From Octopus vulgaris (Eukaryota), in assembly GCA_951406725.2 (NCBI GenBank), contig OX597821.1:76632001-76696000 (forward strand): a stretch of DNA of 64,000 nucleotides, given 5' to 3'. Below are positions 23,526 to 36,820 of this stretch, in pieces (the stretch's first letter is position 1; each line of letters begins with the position of its first letter). The translations under genes and the position numbers were made by a program. The notes under the pieces are model-generated. The model was not told the origin of the DNA. It saw nothing but the letters and a program-made list of their open reading frames with translations, and made no database searches.

Positions 23526-23818
23526 GAGGAGGCCCAATGGCCCAGTGGTTAGGGCGGCGGACTCGCGGTTGTAGGATCGCCGTTTCGATTCCCAGACAGG
23601 CCGTTGTGAGTGTTTATTGAGCGAAAACACCTAAAGCTCCACGAGGCTCCAGCGATCCCTGCTGTACTCTTTCGCCACAACTTTCTCTCACTCTTTCTTC
23701 TGTTGGCCTGCTTGCTTAGCCAGCTGGGTGGCGTCATTTGAAGGCAAAAACAATGCGAAAAACGCATTGTGACCAGCGATGTGTAAGAACATCTGATAGC
23801 CTAGTCGGTCACGGTGAT
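23526..23818 (+). mobile_element. SINE family B, tail type 2
   Basis: Same tRNA head as 17743-18129, different 3' half. Confidence 0.85.
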
Positions 23819-23876
23819 ATATATATATATATATATATGTATCTTTTCCATTCTCCCTGTTTATTTTCTTTTATTC

Positions 23877-23912
23877 CTTTCTGTTGAAGAGCGTAGGGTC
23901 GAAATGTAAAAG
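23877..23912 (+). ncRNA. Degenerate minimal hammerhead motif
   Basis: CTTT-CTGTTGA-A-GAGC-GTAG-GGTC-GAAATGTA-AAAG; same layout as 36585-36619. Confidence 0.55.
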
Positions 23913-24009
23913 ACATTCTCACTTCCCGAGCGTTAAACTAATACATCTGCTTGTTGTTTACACACCCGTCTTCGTCTTTTGTGTGTGTGTGTAAATTCCA
24001 TCTATATAT

Positions 24010-24330
24010 ATAAATAGAAATTAAGGGAGAAATAATTCAAGTTACTTTTTACACAACATAACCACTGGCGAAATATGACTCCTCTCAAAACATGAACTGT
24101 AACGAACAGATTCGCTCTTTATACAACGCTTGCAATACCATAATTTCCCATGAGTAACATCACCACATGTAGTAAGGTGACGTTACCCAGGTGTACATAT
24201 TCATAGTTAGTCGATGCCGTGCCAACCACTGAAGAATGTTGTCTCCAGCTTTTCCTAATTGAATGATAGTCCACGATTCCTCTAAGATTAATTCGTCTCT
24301 TTGTGCGGTTTATCACTTATCCCCCTTGGA
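24010..24330 (-). mobile_element. Merlin-like fragment (empty-site homolog of 17600-18280)
   Basis: Near-identical flanks joined at a single TATGAATATGT. Confidence 0.65.
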
Positions 24331-24403
24331 TTATTATTATTATTATTATTATTATTATTTTTTTTTTTTTTTTTATTCTAACCAAACTGATAAATTACCT
24401 ACT

Positions 24404-24451
<48 letters not shown>

Positions 24452-24590
24452 CGCGCATGTATGTATATTACGTGCTTATTTCGGGAAGCGGAACCCTGTT
24501 CCTGCTTCGAAACAGGTCAGTTTTTATGTACTTTTCATTGTTATATAAATACTAAACTCGCCCCTCCACGATTTTAATTGTTGATACATA

Positions 24591-24819
24591 GTTGCATGAC
24601 GTAACAAATCTAGAGCAGTCGTAACTAACCCGGCTGCAATTAACACAAGCGGAGTAGTTCTGCTTCATTTTTGGTCCATTTATGAGTTGGGCATTTCTAA
24701 AAGACTTGGAGAAAAATCACAAGAATGAACGAATACATGATGTTCACGGCGAAATCCTCCAGAGTCCCGTTTTGCTTAAGGCTCAACGCCTAAGTGGGAA
24801 AAAGAAAAAACAAAAACAG
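24591..24819 (+). promoter_or_regulatory. Candidate promoter and non-coding first exon
   Basis: X-box/CRE-like GTTGCATGACGTAAC at 24591-24605, locally CpG-containing unique sequence, donor CAG|GTACGA after 24819. Confidence 0.3.
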
Positions 24820-24942
24820 GTACGAGTTTTTTTTAATTTTTTTCTTGGTAGTTATGCTACAGTTATTAAAAATGTTTTTCTTATTTTAATTACTTTTTAC
24901 GGTCGGTGTGAGGTTTTATTTGTCAATTATTATCAATTATCA

Positions 24943-24978
<36 letters not shown>

Positions 24979-26794
24979 AATCGGACTGAGGGTTGTCTGC
25001 CAAAACAGTATATAAAAACTTAAATTATATTTGTTTTTGTTATTTATTTTGGCAATACTAGAGACGAAAGATCGCCTTTATTTTTATACAAGCGTGACCC
25101 TCTTCTGGTTTTGTTTCCTCATAATTTTCGGTTATGTTTTTTGTTTTTTTCTTCGTGAAATTTTCTCCAAATACTTGTCAGATGGTGTAGATTACGGTTA
25201 TATCGGAATTTTATTGTAAAAATAAATAAGATGATGGGTCTGCACGCATATATACTGATTTGTATCATATATCTTTTTTCAATTTATAGGAAAAGCTTTC
25301 ATTTCCATATACAACATATAAACACGTACATCGTTTAGAATATTGTCATTTTATAAGTTTTTGCTGGCAAATTCTTAAATTAACCGTAGACATTTATTTA
25401 CATGAAGGAAAATTATCGGAGAACTTTCTTCTAATTCTTTCAAAATGTCTGTTAAAACTGTTTTGAAACCCTTTGTGTGGAATTTCGGCTAAATAAAGTA
25501 AGATCGCCAGAATTTCTAATTATAAATTGCTTTATTTATCGGAAACATTCATTTCTATGTTAATTTTTTTTTTATTTAATACTTGATAAAGGAAATAATC
25601 TATGATGTTTATTAAAAGTTTCAGTAAGGGCATCAACTTCGCAGTTTTATTTGGCAACAAACTGTCCGATTTTGCCACAAAAAAGTTTTTTGTTGTTTAC
25701 CTATAATTATTAACATCGACATTCCAAACGAAACCATTCTCTTTTACGTTTTCTAAGTGTATCTAGGAATCTATTTCCCAATGTGATCTTTCCTTCCTCG
25801 GATAGTGTTGAGCAATCTGAGAATAGTTTTGGCTGTTATTTCTTACTGCCCAAGCGCCTTCCTTCTTGACTTGTATGTGTCATCAAAGCTCACCAAGCAC
25901 TGTTCTCGCTCCTCTAAAATAATATATAACTTAAAGTATAATTTGTGAAGGAGAGTGTTGACCAATAAATCAATAAAGTTACTGTCTTTTGTTGACCTGT
26001 GACCTGTGACCTATGTAATTGACTCTGGGAAAATGAAGCTGATCTCGGCGAGAATCGGACGCGGAATTCTAAGTACGGTCTGGTATTTTCGTCTGACCTA
26101 CAACTAATTCTGTCACTCTATCACGTTGTCACATATGACCGAGATAGCATCAGAGATTTTATTCGTTGTACTTTAACAGGGGTTACCGGATTTTAAAACT
26201 CTTCAGCTGGGATAGGAGATTTGGTATTCCTTTATAATAGTCAGAAATTATCTGATGTACCAAACAGTTTAATTTTTTTTAATTACTATGCTCTAAGCAT
26301 TTCACATTACAAGTATTTAGGAAAGTTTTTCTCTTGGAGCAGAGACATTTTAAGAAGGAAGGCTGACCCATTTTCACTAATTTTCTTCTGTTATTTTTTT
26401 TTCCGATTTATTTTCTAAACATCTGAGATTATTAGTCTTCAGAGTTACGTAACGTAAATCTGAAAACATTATAGAAGAAAAAAGAAAAAAAAAATATGTA
26501 TCAGAACTGAAAAATTAAGGAAAAAGGATGGGGTAATATTTCCAACTCTTTTCTTATATATTTCGAAATCAGATTCGAGATCTACGATGCTAAAAGTAGA
26601 CAAGTCTGTAAAACTGACGGATTTCGGCACACTAGATAATTTCCGGATATATTCCGAAGAAATGTCCAGATTTGGTTAATGTTTACAAGAGTACCTGGAA
26701 ACGAGATGAAATAAATAAATAAATAGTGCAAGTATGTATTATGTATGTATGTATTTATATATATATATGTCTATTCATATATATATTATATATA

Positions 26795-27727
26795 TGATGC
26801 CAGTGCCCTCTGACCGACTGCTGTGCTGGTGGCACGTAAAAAGCACCATCCGAATGTGGCTGATGCCAGTACCCCCTGACTGACCTCTAGTGCCGGTGGC
26901 ACGTAAAAAACACTATCCCAATGTGATTGATTCCAGGCCCACCTGACTGGCTCCTGTGCCAGTGACATGTAAAAATCCCCCACTACACTCTTGGAGTGGT
27001 TGGTATTAGGAAGGGCATCTGCCTGTAGAAACATTGCCAGATCAGATAGGAGTCTGGTGCAACCTTCTGGCTCTCCAGGCCTCAGTCAAACCGTCCAACC
27101 CATGCCAGCATGAAAAACAGATGTTAAACTATGATGATTATGATGATGAATCAAAACAGTTTGATTTAAATTCCTTGGTACTTTAAGTTTCAAAGCATGG
27201 TTCTAATCCTCAGCCACTGGATATATATATATGGCTGATGCCAAGGTTACATGTCCAACCCATTTAAGAGTACCCAGGTGATATGATATGCTTGAAAAAA
27301 CCTGTTGAGTCAAGTAAAACCAAAATCGTAGCTGTGCCCAGTGCCCCCTGACTAGCTCCCATTCTGGTGGCACATAAAAAGCACTATCTGAACTTGATCA
27401 ATGCTAGGACTACCTGACTGGCCTCTGTGCTGGTGGCATGTAAAAAGCACCATCTGGACATGGCTGATGCCAGTACACTCTGACTGGCCTCCCGTACCAG
27501 TGGTACATAAAAGACACTGTCTCAACATGATTGATGCCAGTCCTGCCTGACTGGCTCCTGTGCTGGTGGCACATAAAAAGCCCCCATTACACTCTTGGAG
27601 TGGTTGGCATTAGGAAGAGCATTCAGCTGTAGAAATATTGCCTAGTGCAGCTGCTGGCTCTACAGACCTCAGTCAAACCATCCAACCCATGCCAGCATGG
27701 AAAATGGGTGTTAAATGATGATGATGA
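26795..27727 (+). mobile_element. Two RTE 3'-UTR fragments with internal tandem repeats and (ATG)n tails
   Basis: GGTGGCAC(G/A)TAAAAAGCACC repeats; CCATGCCAGCATGGAAA..ATGATGATG ends. Confidence 0.75.
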
Positions 27728-27992
27728 TATATATATATATATGCATATATGGCGTGGCTGTGTGGTAAGAAGCTTGTCTCCCAGCATGGTTCCTTTTGAG
27801 TGTTGGGCCTCATGGAGGCGAGTTGGCTGAGTTCCTACTTACCACACATGTGGTAAATAGCTTGCTTACCAGCCACATGGTTCCAGGTTGTCCCACTGCA
27901 TGGCACCTTCGGCAAGTGTCTTCTACTACAGCTTCAAGCCAACCAAAGCCTTGTGAGTGGATTTGGTAGACAGAAACTGATAGAAGCCCATC

Positions 27993-28700
<708 letters not shown>

Positions 28701-28923
28701 AATGCCACAAAATGCAGTATATTTGGAATAGAAAAAATGTCTATCTTTATTTCTTCTTTTGCTGGTGTCTCAAATTTAGGTTAAATCAGTGTTTCTCAAA
28801 GGAGAGGCCTATGGGGACGGTGGGACAAGTTGTTTTGAGAAAATTTGGTTTAAATGTTTGACAACTCAGCACCGTCCATTGGATGGAGTGGGGGCGCTTT
28901 GCTCATTTATATATATAATTATA

Positions 28924-28974
<51 letters not shown>

Positions 28975-29171
28975 CCCTCACCACCATTGCTTGACAACTG
29001 ATATTGGTGTGTTTACATCCTCATAACAGCAAAAGAGATCGATAGAATAAGTACTAGGCTTACAAAGAATATGTCCTGGGGTCAGTTTGTTCGACTAGAA
29101 GTGGTGCGCCAGGATGACTGAAAGAAGTATAAGAATAAAAGGATATATATAAATAAATAAATATATATATA

Positions 29172-29607
<436 letters not shown>

Positions 29608-30530
29608 GTCACCATCATCATTATCATTTAATGTCCATTGATCAAGCTAGCATGGATTAGATGGTTTAACTGGGCTGGCATGCTGGAAGGCTGCACCAGA
29701 CTTCAGTCTGATTTGGTATAGTTTTCTATGACTGGATGCTCTTCTTAATGCCAACCACTCTGAGTGTGTAATAGGTGCTTTTATGTGCTATTTGCCTGAC
29801 ACTGGTATCTGCCACAACTGTGATTTTGCTCAGCTTGATGGGTCTTCTTCTCAAGCATGACATAAGGTCTGGTCATTGCCTCCATGAGGCCCAACACTCA
29901 AAAGGAGCTTGGCCACTTTACCCCCATGAGCCCAATGCTCGGAAGGAACTCAGTCACCTCACCTCCGTGTCATCGGCCACAACACTGACTTCACTTGACT
30001 CAACAGGTCTTCGTAAGTACAGTTTATTGCCCAGTGCTTGAAGGGTACTCTTAAATGGTCCTGTTACGCTGCACTGGCATAGGCCATGGTTATGGTCTAA
30101 CTTGGCTTGCTGGGTTTTCTCAAGCACAGCATATCTCCAAAGGTCTTGGTCACTCATCATCGCCTCCATGAGGTCCAACGTTCGAAGGTTGTGCTTCACT
30201 ACCTCATCCCAGCTCTTCCTGGGTCTACCTCTTTCACAGGTTCCCTCTACTGCTAGGATGTGACACTTTTTCACACAGCTGTCCTCATCCATACACAACA
30301 CATGACCATACCAATGCAGACGTCTCTCTTGCACACCACATCTGATGCTTCTTAAGTCCAACTTTTCTCTCAGGGCACTTGCACTCTGTCGTGTATGCAC
30401 ACTGACATTTCACATCCAGCGGAGCATGCTAGCTTCATTTCTTGCAAGCTTACACATGTCCTCAGCAATCACAGCTCATGTTTCCCTGCCATGCAGCATG
30501 GCTTTTCGCACACATGTGTCGTAAGACATC
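29608..30530 (-). mobile_element. RTE-clade LINE 3' fragment
   Basis: RRLHWYGHV..GRPRKSWDEVVKHNL plus 3' UTR and (ATG)n tail. Confidence 0.85.
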
Positions 30531-30778
30531 ACAAGTGAGAAGATTGGGCACAGTATGTCCAGCTATGGCTGGTCGGTCAATCCCTGTTCGGTTCCTTTTC
30601 TTAGTGCCCCTACAGTCCTCTCTTCTCTTCTTAGGAGGTGACATATCTGTTGGTGCAGCTTCACTAGGCAGAGTGGTCTTGTGCTTGCATCTCCCAGGTG
30701 TCAGAATAAAACACAAGACATTGGTGGTTATCGAGTATTGAGGGAGTATTGTCTTCAGATATGTTTTCTTTTCCAGTT

Positions 30779-30991
30779 GTATATTTAAGGGATGAGGAAT
30801 TATGTACATTATTTACATTATTTACATTTGATGGATATTTGTCCTCATCTTGTTTGTTGTTAACACGTTTTGGTTGATATACCTTCCAGCCTTCATCAGG
30901 TGTCTTGGGGAAATTTCGAACCTGGGTTCTCATTCATATGGTATTTTTCGATGTTAGTAGCCCGCGCTCTTAACCACTACGCCCACGGGCA
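30779..30991 (-). mobile_element. tRNA-headed hammerhead element, left (inverted) copy with internal deletion
   Basis: Minus: GGCGTAGTGGTTAAGAGCGCGGGCTACTAAC..GACAC-CTGATGA-AGGCTG..CAACC-AAAAC-GTGTT..(TGTAAATAA)n. Confidence 0.7.
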
Positions 30992-31248
30992 CATGGTGTA
31001 GTGGTTAAGTGCTCAGGCTACTAACCCCAAGATTCCAGGTTTGATTCCAGGCAGTGACCTGAATAATAATAATAATTATTATTATTATTATTATTATTAT
31101 ATCAAAAAAATACCTTAGGAATGAGAACTCAAGTTCGAAATTTCTCCGAGACACCTGATGAAGGCTGGAGGGTATATCAGCCGAAACATTGTGTTAACAA
31201 ACAAGATGAGGACAAATATCCGTCAAATGTAAATAATGTAAATAATGT
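30992..31248 (+). mobile_element. tRNA-headed hammerhead element, right copy
   Basis: A-box TGGTGTAGTGG, anticodon-like arm GGCTACTAACC, B-box GGTTTGATTCC, (AAT)n, then hammerhead at 31150-31195. Confidence 0.75.
31150..31195 (+). ncRNA. Minimal type I hammerhead ribozyme motif (one stem III substitution)
   Basis: GACAC-CTGATGA-A-GGCTG-loop-CAGCC-GAAAC-ATT-GTGTT; stems I and II pair. Confidence 0.7.
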
Positions 31249-31400
31249 CTTCTTTTTGTTTAAAATTCTGTTGCAAATAGTATTCAGAATATGTATATTT
31301 TATTTCCTTTAACACAATATCATTTTTCTTTTCAGTTTCATTGGTCCTCTTGAAACAACTCTTAACAAATACTCCGATTTTGGAAATATCATTACAACAC

Positions 31401-31719
31401 ATGGACCAGCAAAAATCTTCCTCAGAGCAGCAAAATGCTCAATATCAATACTGTTCTATTGATGAAGACCCACCTTATATTAGTTTAGCCGGTGTGGATA
31501 ACCAAAATATTGTTTTATGTTTGAAAGAACTCAACAGAGCCATTCTGAAGAAATCCTTAAAGTTTTCCTTAAATTTGAAGAGTGTTGAGAAAATGGATGT
31601 AAGTAAACAATGCCTGGACAATAACAGCATGGGTAGCAGCATATGTTTCACAGAAAGCAGTTTGAAAAGTCTTTTGGACATAATTAAAGAGAAGCCGAAG
31701 CCGATGCCACGTTACATGA
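31401..31719 (+). CDS. Probable first coding exon of an unidentified spliced gene (MDQQKSSSEQQ...KPKPMPRYM)
   Basis: Acceptor TTTTTCTTTTCAG| ending at 31335, open non-repetitive frame, donor A|GTAAGT at 31720 (phase 1). Confidence 0.6.
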
Positions 31720-32023
31720 GTAAGTAAATTTATTGCCCATCTTTTATCTTTTGCTTGTTCCAGTCATTAGACTGTGGCCATAATGGAGCACCATCTTTAA
31801 GAACTAAAAGTTGAATGAATCGATTCCTGCATTGTTGCTGTCCAAAGGTTGATACAAGAAAAGAAACAAAACAAAACAAACAGAAAAAAACATTCACCTA
31901 TTAGTTATCCAAACTCATCTTGTTAACATGTTTCAGTTATTTCTCTTGGCCCCTTTTGTTTGGGTTGCCTTGGAGCACCTTCACAACAACAAAACTGTTC
32001 CTGTCCTTCCTATCATGCTTTAA

Positions 32024-32243
32024 CCCTTTTGATACCAACTCGGCCAAAACCGCCTCTGGCTCTAGTACAAATGTCTTGTTTTCATAAGTATTGAATTAAA
32101 ATCTTCCACCAAACCTTAGTCACAATTTATGTTCCCAACACTAGCTGAATGATAACTAAGTTCTTTTATTAAATTCTTTGTTATATTTAGAATTAATTGA
32201 AAGAAACACAGAGCTTCTCAAAATAAATACGGTAACAAAAGGG
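32024..32243. mobile_element. piggyBac-type MITE
   Basis: TTAA|CCCTTTTGATACC ... GGTAACAAAAGGG|TTAA. Confidence 0.88.
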
Positions 32244-32301
32244 TTAACCCCTCAATACTGCACTTGCAGTTATTTACTCTATCTAACACTCTCCCTTTCT
32301 A

Positions 32302-32378
32302 TTGAGGTGCACTCTATGTACATATAGAGTTGAGGTGCACTCTATGTACATATAGAGTTGAGGTGCACTCTATGTACA
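32302..32378. repeat. 28-bp tandem repeat (TGAGGTGCACTCTATGTACATATAGAGT) x ~2.7
   Basis: Direct reading. Confidence 0.85.
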
Positions 32379-32387
32379 CAAACATAT

Positions 32388-32902
32388 ATCATCATCATCA
32401 TTTAACGTCCGCTTTCCATGCTGGCATGGGTTGGATGATTTGACTGAGGGCTGGCAAACCAGATAGCTGCACCAGACTCCAATCTGATCTGGCAGAGTTT
32501 CTACAGCTTGATGCCCTTCCTAACGCCAACCACTCCGAGTATGTAGTGGGTGCTTTTACGTGCCACCAGCATGAGGGCCAGTCAAGCAGTACTGGCAATG
32601 GCCACGCTCAAATGAGGCTTTTTATGTGCCACCTGCACAGGAGCCAGTCCAGTGGCACTGGCAACGACCTCACTCAAATGTTTTTTCACGTGCCACAAGG
32701 TGATGCAGGTAACGATCACGCTCGAATGGTGTTTTTAACATGCCATCAGCACAGAGGCCAGCTTGTTGCTCTGGCAACAATCTCACTCATATGGTACTCT
32801 TAGCGCTCCACTAGCACAGATGCCAGTCATCAAATTTGATTTCGATTTCACATGCCTCAACAGGTCTTCGCAAGCAGAGTTTAGTGTCCAATGAAGGAAG
32901 GG

Positions 32903-32933
<31 letters not shown>

Positions 32934-33175
32934 GTGTGTGTGTGTGTGCCAACTCATGACCATACCAGCCTAGTCGTCTCTCTTGCACACCACATCTGAT
33001 GCTTCTTAAGTTCAACTTTTCTCTCAGGGCACTTGCACACTGTCGTGTATGCACACTGACATTACATATCCAGCGGAGCATACTAGCTTCATTTCTTGCA
33101 AGCTTACACATGTCCTCAGCAGGCACACCATACATTTCCCTTCCATGCAACATGGCTGTTCATACACATGCGTCA
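32388..33175 (-). mobile_element. RTE LINE 3' fragment
   Basis: EASMLRWIC..RRLGWYGH plus 3' UTR. Confidence 0.85.
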
Positions 33176-33504
33176 TATATATATACATACAAATATATAA
33201 AAACACTACACTCATTATTATATTAGAAGATAAAAATTAATAATATATCATATATTTGAAGCCACTGTTAGGGCATTTTTATAGTGGTGGCAGTGGGGGA
33301 GAGACATTTGTTATCTTAATACTTATGTTGACTTTCAGATTTTTCTCTGACATTAGAAATTTTAAAAGTTCTAAATATAAATTCATATTTTCCGATAAGA
33401 CTAATAACTTGTATGAAGGTAAGACTAACAATCAGAATGAAGATAAGACTACATATATATATATATATATATACACCCACACGACAGTTTCAGTTTCCAT
33501 CTAC

Positions 33505-35370
33505 CAAATGCCCTTCCTAACGCCAACCACTCTGAGAGTGTAATGGGTGCTTTTACGTGCCACTAGCACGACGGCCAGTCAGGTGGTACTGGCAACGGCC
33601 ACTCTCAAATGGTGGTTTTTACATGCCACCTGCACAGGAGCCAGTTCAGTGGCACTGGCAACGACCTCGCTCGAATGCTTTTTCATATTCCACTGGCACA
33701 AGTGCCAGTAAGGCAACGCTGGTAACTCGAATGGTGCCCTTTTATGTGCCACTGGCTCGGAAGCCAGTTAGCTGCTCTGTCAACGATCACACTCGGATGG
33801 TGCGCTTAGCGCTCCACTAGTGCAGATGCCAGTCAACAAATTTGATTTCAATTTCGATTTCACTTGCCTCAGCAGGTTTTCGCAAGCAGAGTTTTAGTGT
33901 CCAATGAAGGAAAGGTACGCATAAGTAGGATGGTTACATCCCTGGCATACGCCACGAGGTTATTGTCTCACTTGCTTTGCTGGGTCTTCTCAAGCACAGC
34001 ATATTTCCAAAGGTCTCGGTCACTAGTCATTGCCTCGATGAGGCCTAATGTTCAAAGGTCATGCTTCACCACCTCATTCCAGGTCTTCCTGGGTCTACTT
34101 CTTCCACAGGTTCCCTCAACTGCTTGGGTGTGGCACTTTTTCACACTGCTATCCTCATCCATTCTCGCCATATGACTATACCAGTACAATCGTCTCTCTT
34201 GCACACCACATCTGATGCTTCTTAAGTCCAACTTTTCTCTCAAGGTACTTACACTCTGTCAAGTATGCACACTGACATTACACATCCATCAGAGCATACT
34301 GGCTTCATTCCGTGCGAGCTTACACATGTCCTCAGCAGTCACGACCCATGTTTCACTGCCATGTAGCATGGCTGTTCATACACATGTGTCATACAGTCTA
34401 ACTTTAATTCTGAGTGAAAGGCCCTTTGTCACCAGCAGAGGTAAGAGCTCTCTGAACTTTGCCCAGGCTATTCTTATTCTAGCAGCTACACTTTCAGCGC
34501 ACCCTCCCCAACTACTGACTTGGTCACCTAGCTAACAGAAGCTATCAACTACTTCTAGTTTTTCTCCCTGGAATGTAGCAGAAGTTGTTCTCTGCACATT
34601 TTCAGTGTTTATTGCTCCCGAGCATCTGCCACATACAAAAATATCTTCCCAGTTAGCCTTCCTTTGATATTGCTGCACCTCTAATGGTGTCCATAGCTTA
34701 CAATGGGTACATATTATAGAGTTTCTACCTATGCCTCTACTACAGATTGAGCAGGGCCATCTACCTGAAGGGATTTGTGGTTTGCCTGCCTTCCTACATA
34801 TTAGGACTTTGGTTTTAGCTAGGTTGACTCTAAGGCCCTTCAATTCTAATCCTTGTTTCCACACCTGAAACTTTTCCTCTAGTTCTGATAGTGACTCAGC
34901 AATTAGAGCAAGATCGTCAGCATAGAGGAGCTCCCAGGGGCATCCTGTCTTGAATTCCTCTGTTATTGCCTGGAGGACTATGATTAATAGGAGGGGGCTG
35001 AGGACTGAACCTTAGTGGACCCCAGCCTCTACCCAGAATTCTTCACTGTAGTCATTGCCAACTCTCACCTTACTGACAGCGTCCCTGTACATTGCTTGCA
35101 CAGCTCACACTAACCATTCATCTTGCCTCAGCAGGTTTCCTCATTGACCATCAGATAAGGGATCGGGGGACCCTGTCAAAGGCTTTCTCCATGTCAACGA
35201 AAGCCAGGTACAGAGGTTTATCTTTGGCTAGGTATTTCTCCTGCAGCTGTCTTATCAGAAATATAGCATCAGTGGTGCTTATCCCTGGCACGAATCTAAA
35301 CTCCATCTCATCTAAACTGACTCTCTCGCTAATTAGTTGGGCTATGACCCTTTCCATAACCTTCATTACC
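33505..35370 (-). mobile_element. RTE LINE fragment including RT
   Basis: STTDAIF..LAFVDMEKAFDRVPR, LLYADDL, GLRVNLAKTK; stops and frameshifts. Confidence 0.9.
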
Positions 35371-35689
35371 TATATATATATATATATATATATACATACA
35401 TACATACATATATATATATTTATATAAATGCATGTATATTTTTTCAATGAGTACAAATAACATGGAAAAAGTAAATAAATAGTTACCAGGGTAGCAAAAT
35501 TTCACATAAGGGCCAACAATGTTACTGCCTACTTATAAAGGTAGAAGTTCCAGAGTTTAGTGAAATGTTTTTGTTTAACATAGATAAATTAAGAAATGGA
35601 GTTAAACACAGGTGTTATTCAAATCTTTTGAGTAACACCTGCATTTAATTCCATTTCTTAGTTTGTGTGTGTGTATATATATATATATA

Positions 35690-36107
35690 TCTTACATATT
35701 AAAACTGAAAATATGTATGTGTGTGTTTGTATCGGTATGTCTTCATTTTGCGCAAAAACGGCTTGACCAATTTTTCCTAAGCTTCACACACACATTGCTT
35801 ATGTGTCTGGGGAGGTTTTAGGTATAAATTGATTTCGAAAAAATGTTCGGGTAAATGGCGGGAAGAATAACATTTGGGTGCAGTTGAACAGCGGGCATAA
35901 TTATTTTTAAGCTTCCAAGGGAAATAACCCATTCCCTCCTTCGTAAATTATTTGGTAAAAATGAAATTGAGTATACTTATTTCTTAGTATTTGAACTATT
36001 TTAGTTAAGTATTCTCCTAAACAATAGATCCACTTATTTCGGTTAGTGACTTATTCACGAATAGCACTGCTGAGGGTAATTTTCTCTGGGAATGCACAAA
36101 AGCCTTT
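35690..36107 (+). mobile_element. Helitron-like 5' fragment, copy 1
   Basis: TCTTACATATTAAAA..AACGGCTTGACCAATTT; near-identical to 38792-39209. Confidence 0.55.
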
Positions 36108-36584
36108 TCCGTAGTTAATTACTTTGAATTGTTATTACCTTATATCTGATTAGCCTGTTATTACGTAACATGCTTCACGATTTTAGTATACATAACTTAT
36201 TAGTATTTCCTCCTATGTTCTATATACTCCGGGAACATATTAAAGCCCTTTTCGGGGCTACATTATTTGAATTCTTACTATAGGGTAATTAATTATTACA
36301 TAACTGACTTCGCAATTCGGGTATTCACAACTTATTGGGAATTCCTAAAAGCAAGATCCTTTCTAAGACATTTCGGTATTCTTAATAAATACACAAAAAC
36401 CGTTTTAAGGGCTACATACTTTGTATTGTTGTTACTGGATTAGTGAAACAATTATGAGAATGGAACCAATGGATAAGCCCACTTTCCTGGGAATTACTGG
36501 GCATGTCACCAATGTGACCATGTGTGTACCGTTGGCGATTTTTTTCCCTCCTTCTTCCCTTCCTTGGATCTTTCCTTTTCCTAT

Positions 36585-36619
36585 GTTTCTGACGAAGAGC
36601 TCCGCTCGAAACGTTAAAT
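36585..36619 (+). ncRNA. Intact minimal type I hammerhead ribozyme motif
   Basis: GTTT-CTGACGA-A-GAGC-TCC-GCTC-GAAAC-GTT-AAAT; all core bases present, palindromic ACGT stem III. Confidence 0.8.
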
Positions 36620-36820
36620 CCTCCTTCTTTCTTTCCTTTCCTGAGCATTCAATAACACTATACTTGTTTACTTGTTCCACGTCCTCGTTTTCTTGTGTTT
36701 TCTCTTTGTGTTTTCATGTTTGGATTAACTTTATATATATATATATATATATATATGGATATATATAGAGAGAGATATATGTGTGTATGTATGTATGTGT
36801 GTGTAGATATATATATATAT

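Noticed and set aside
24682-25023. 113-aa ORF
   Set aside because: Runs into low-complexity sequence; if spliced at 24819 it meets a stop in the next exon, so at most a uORF
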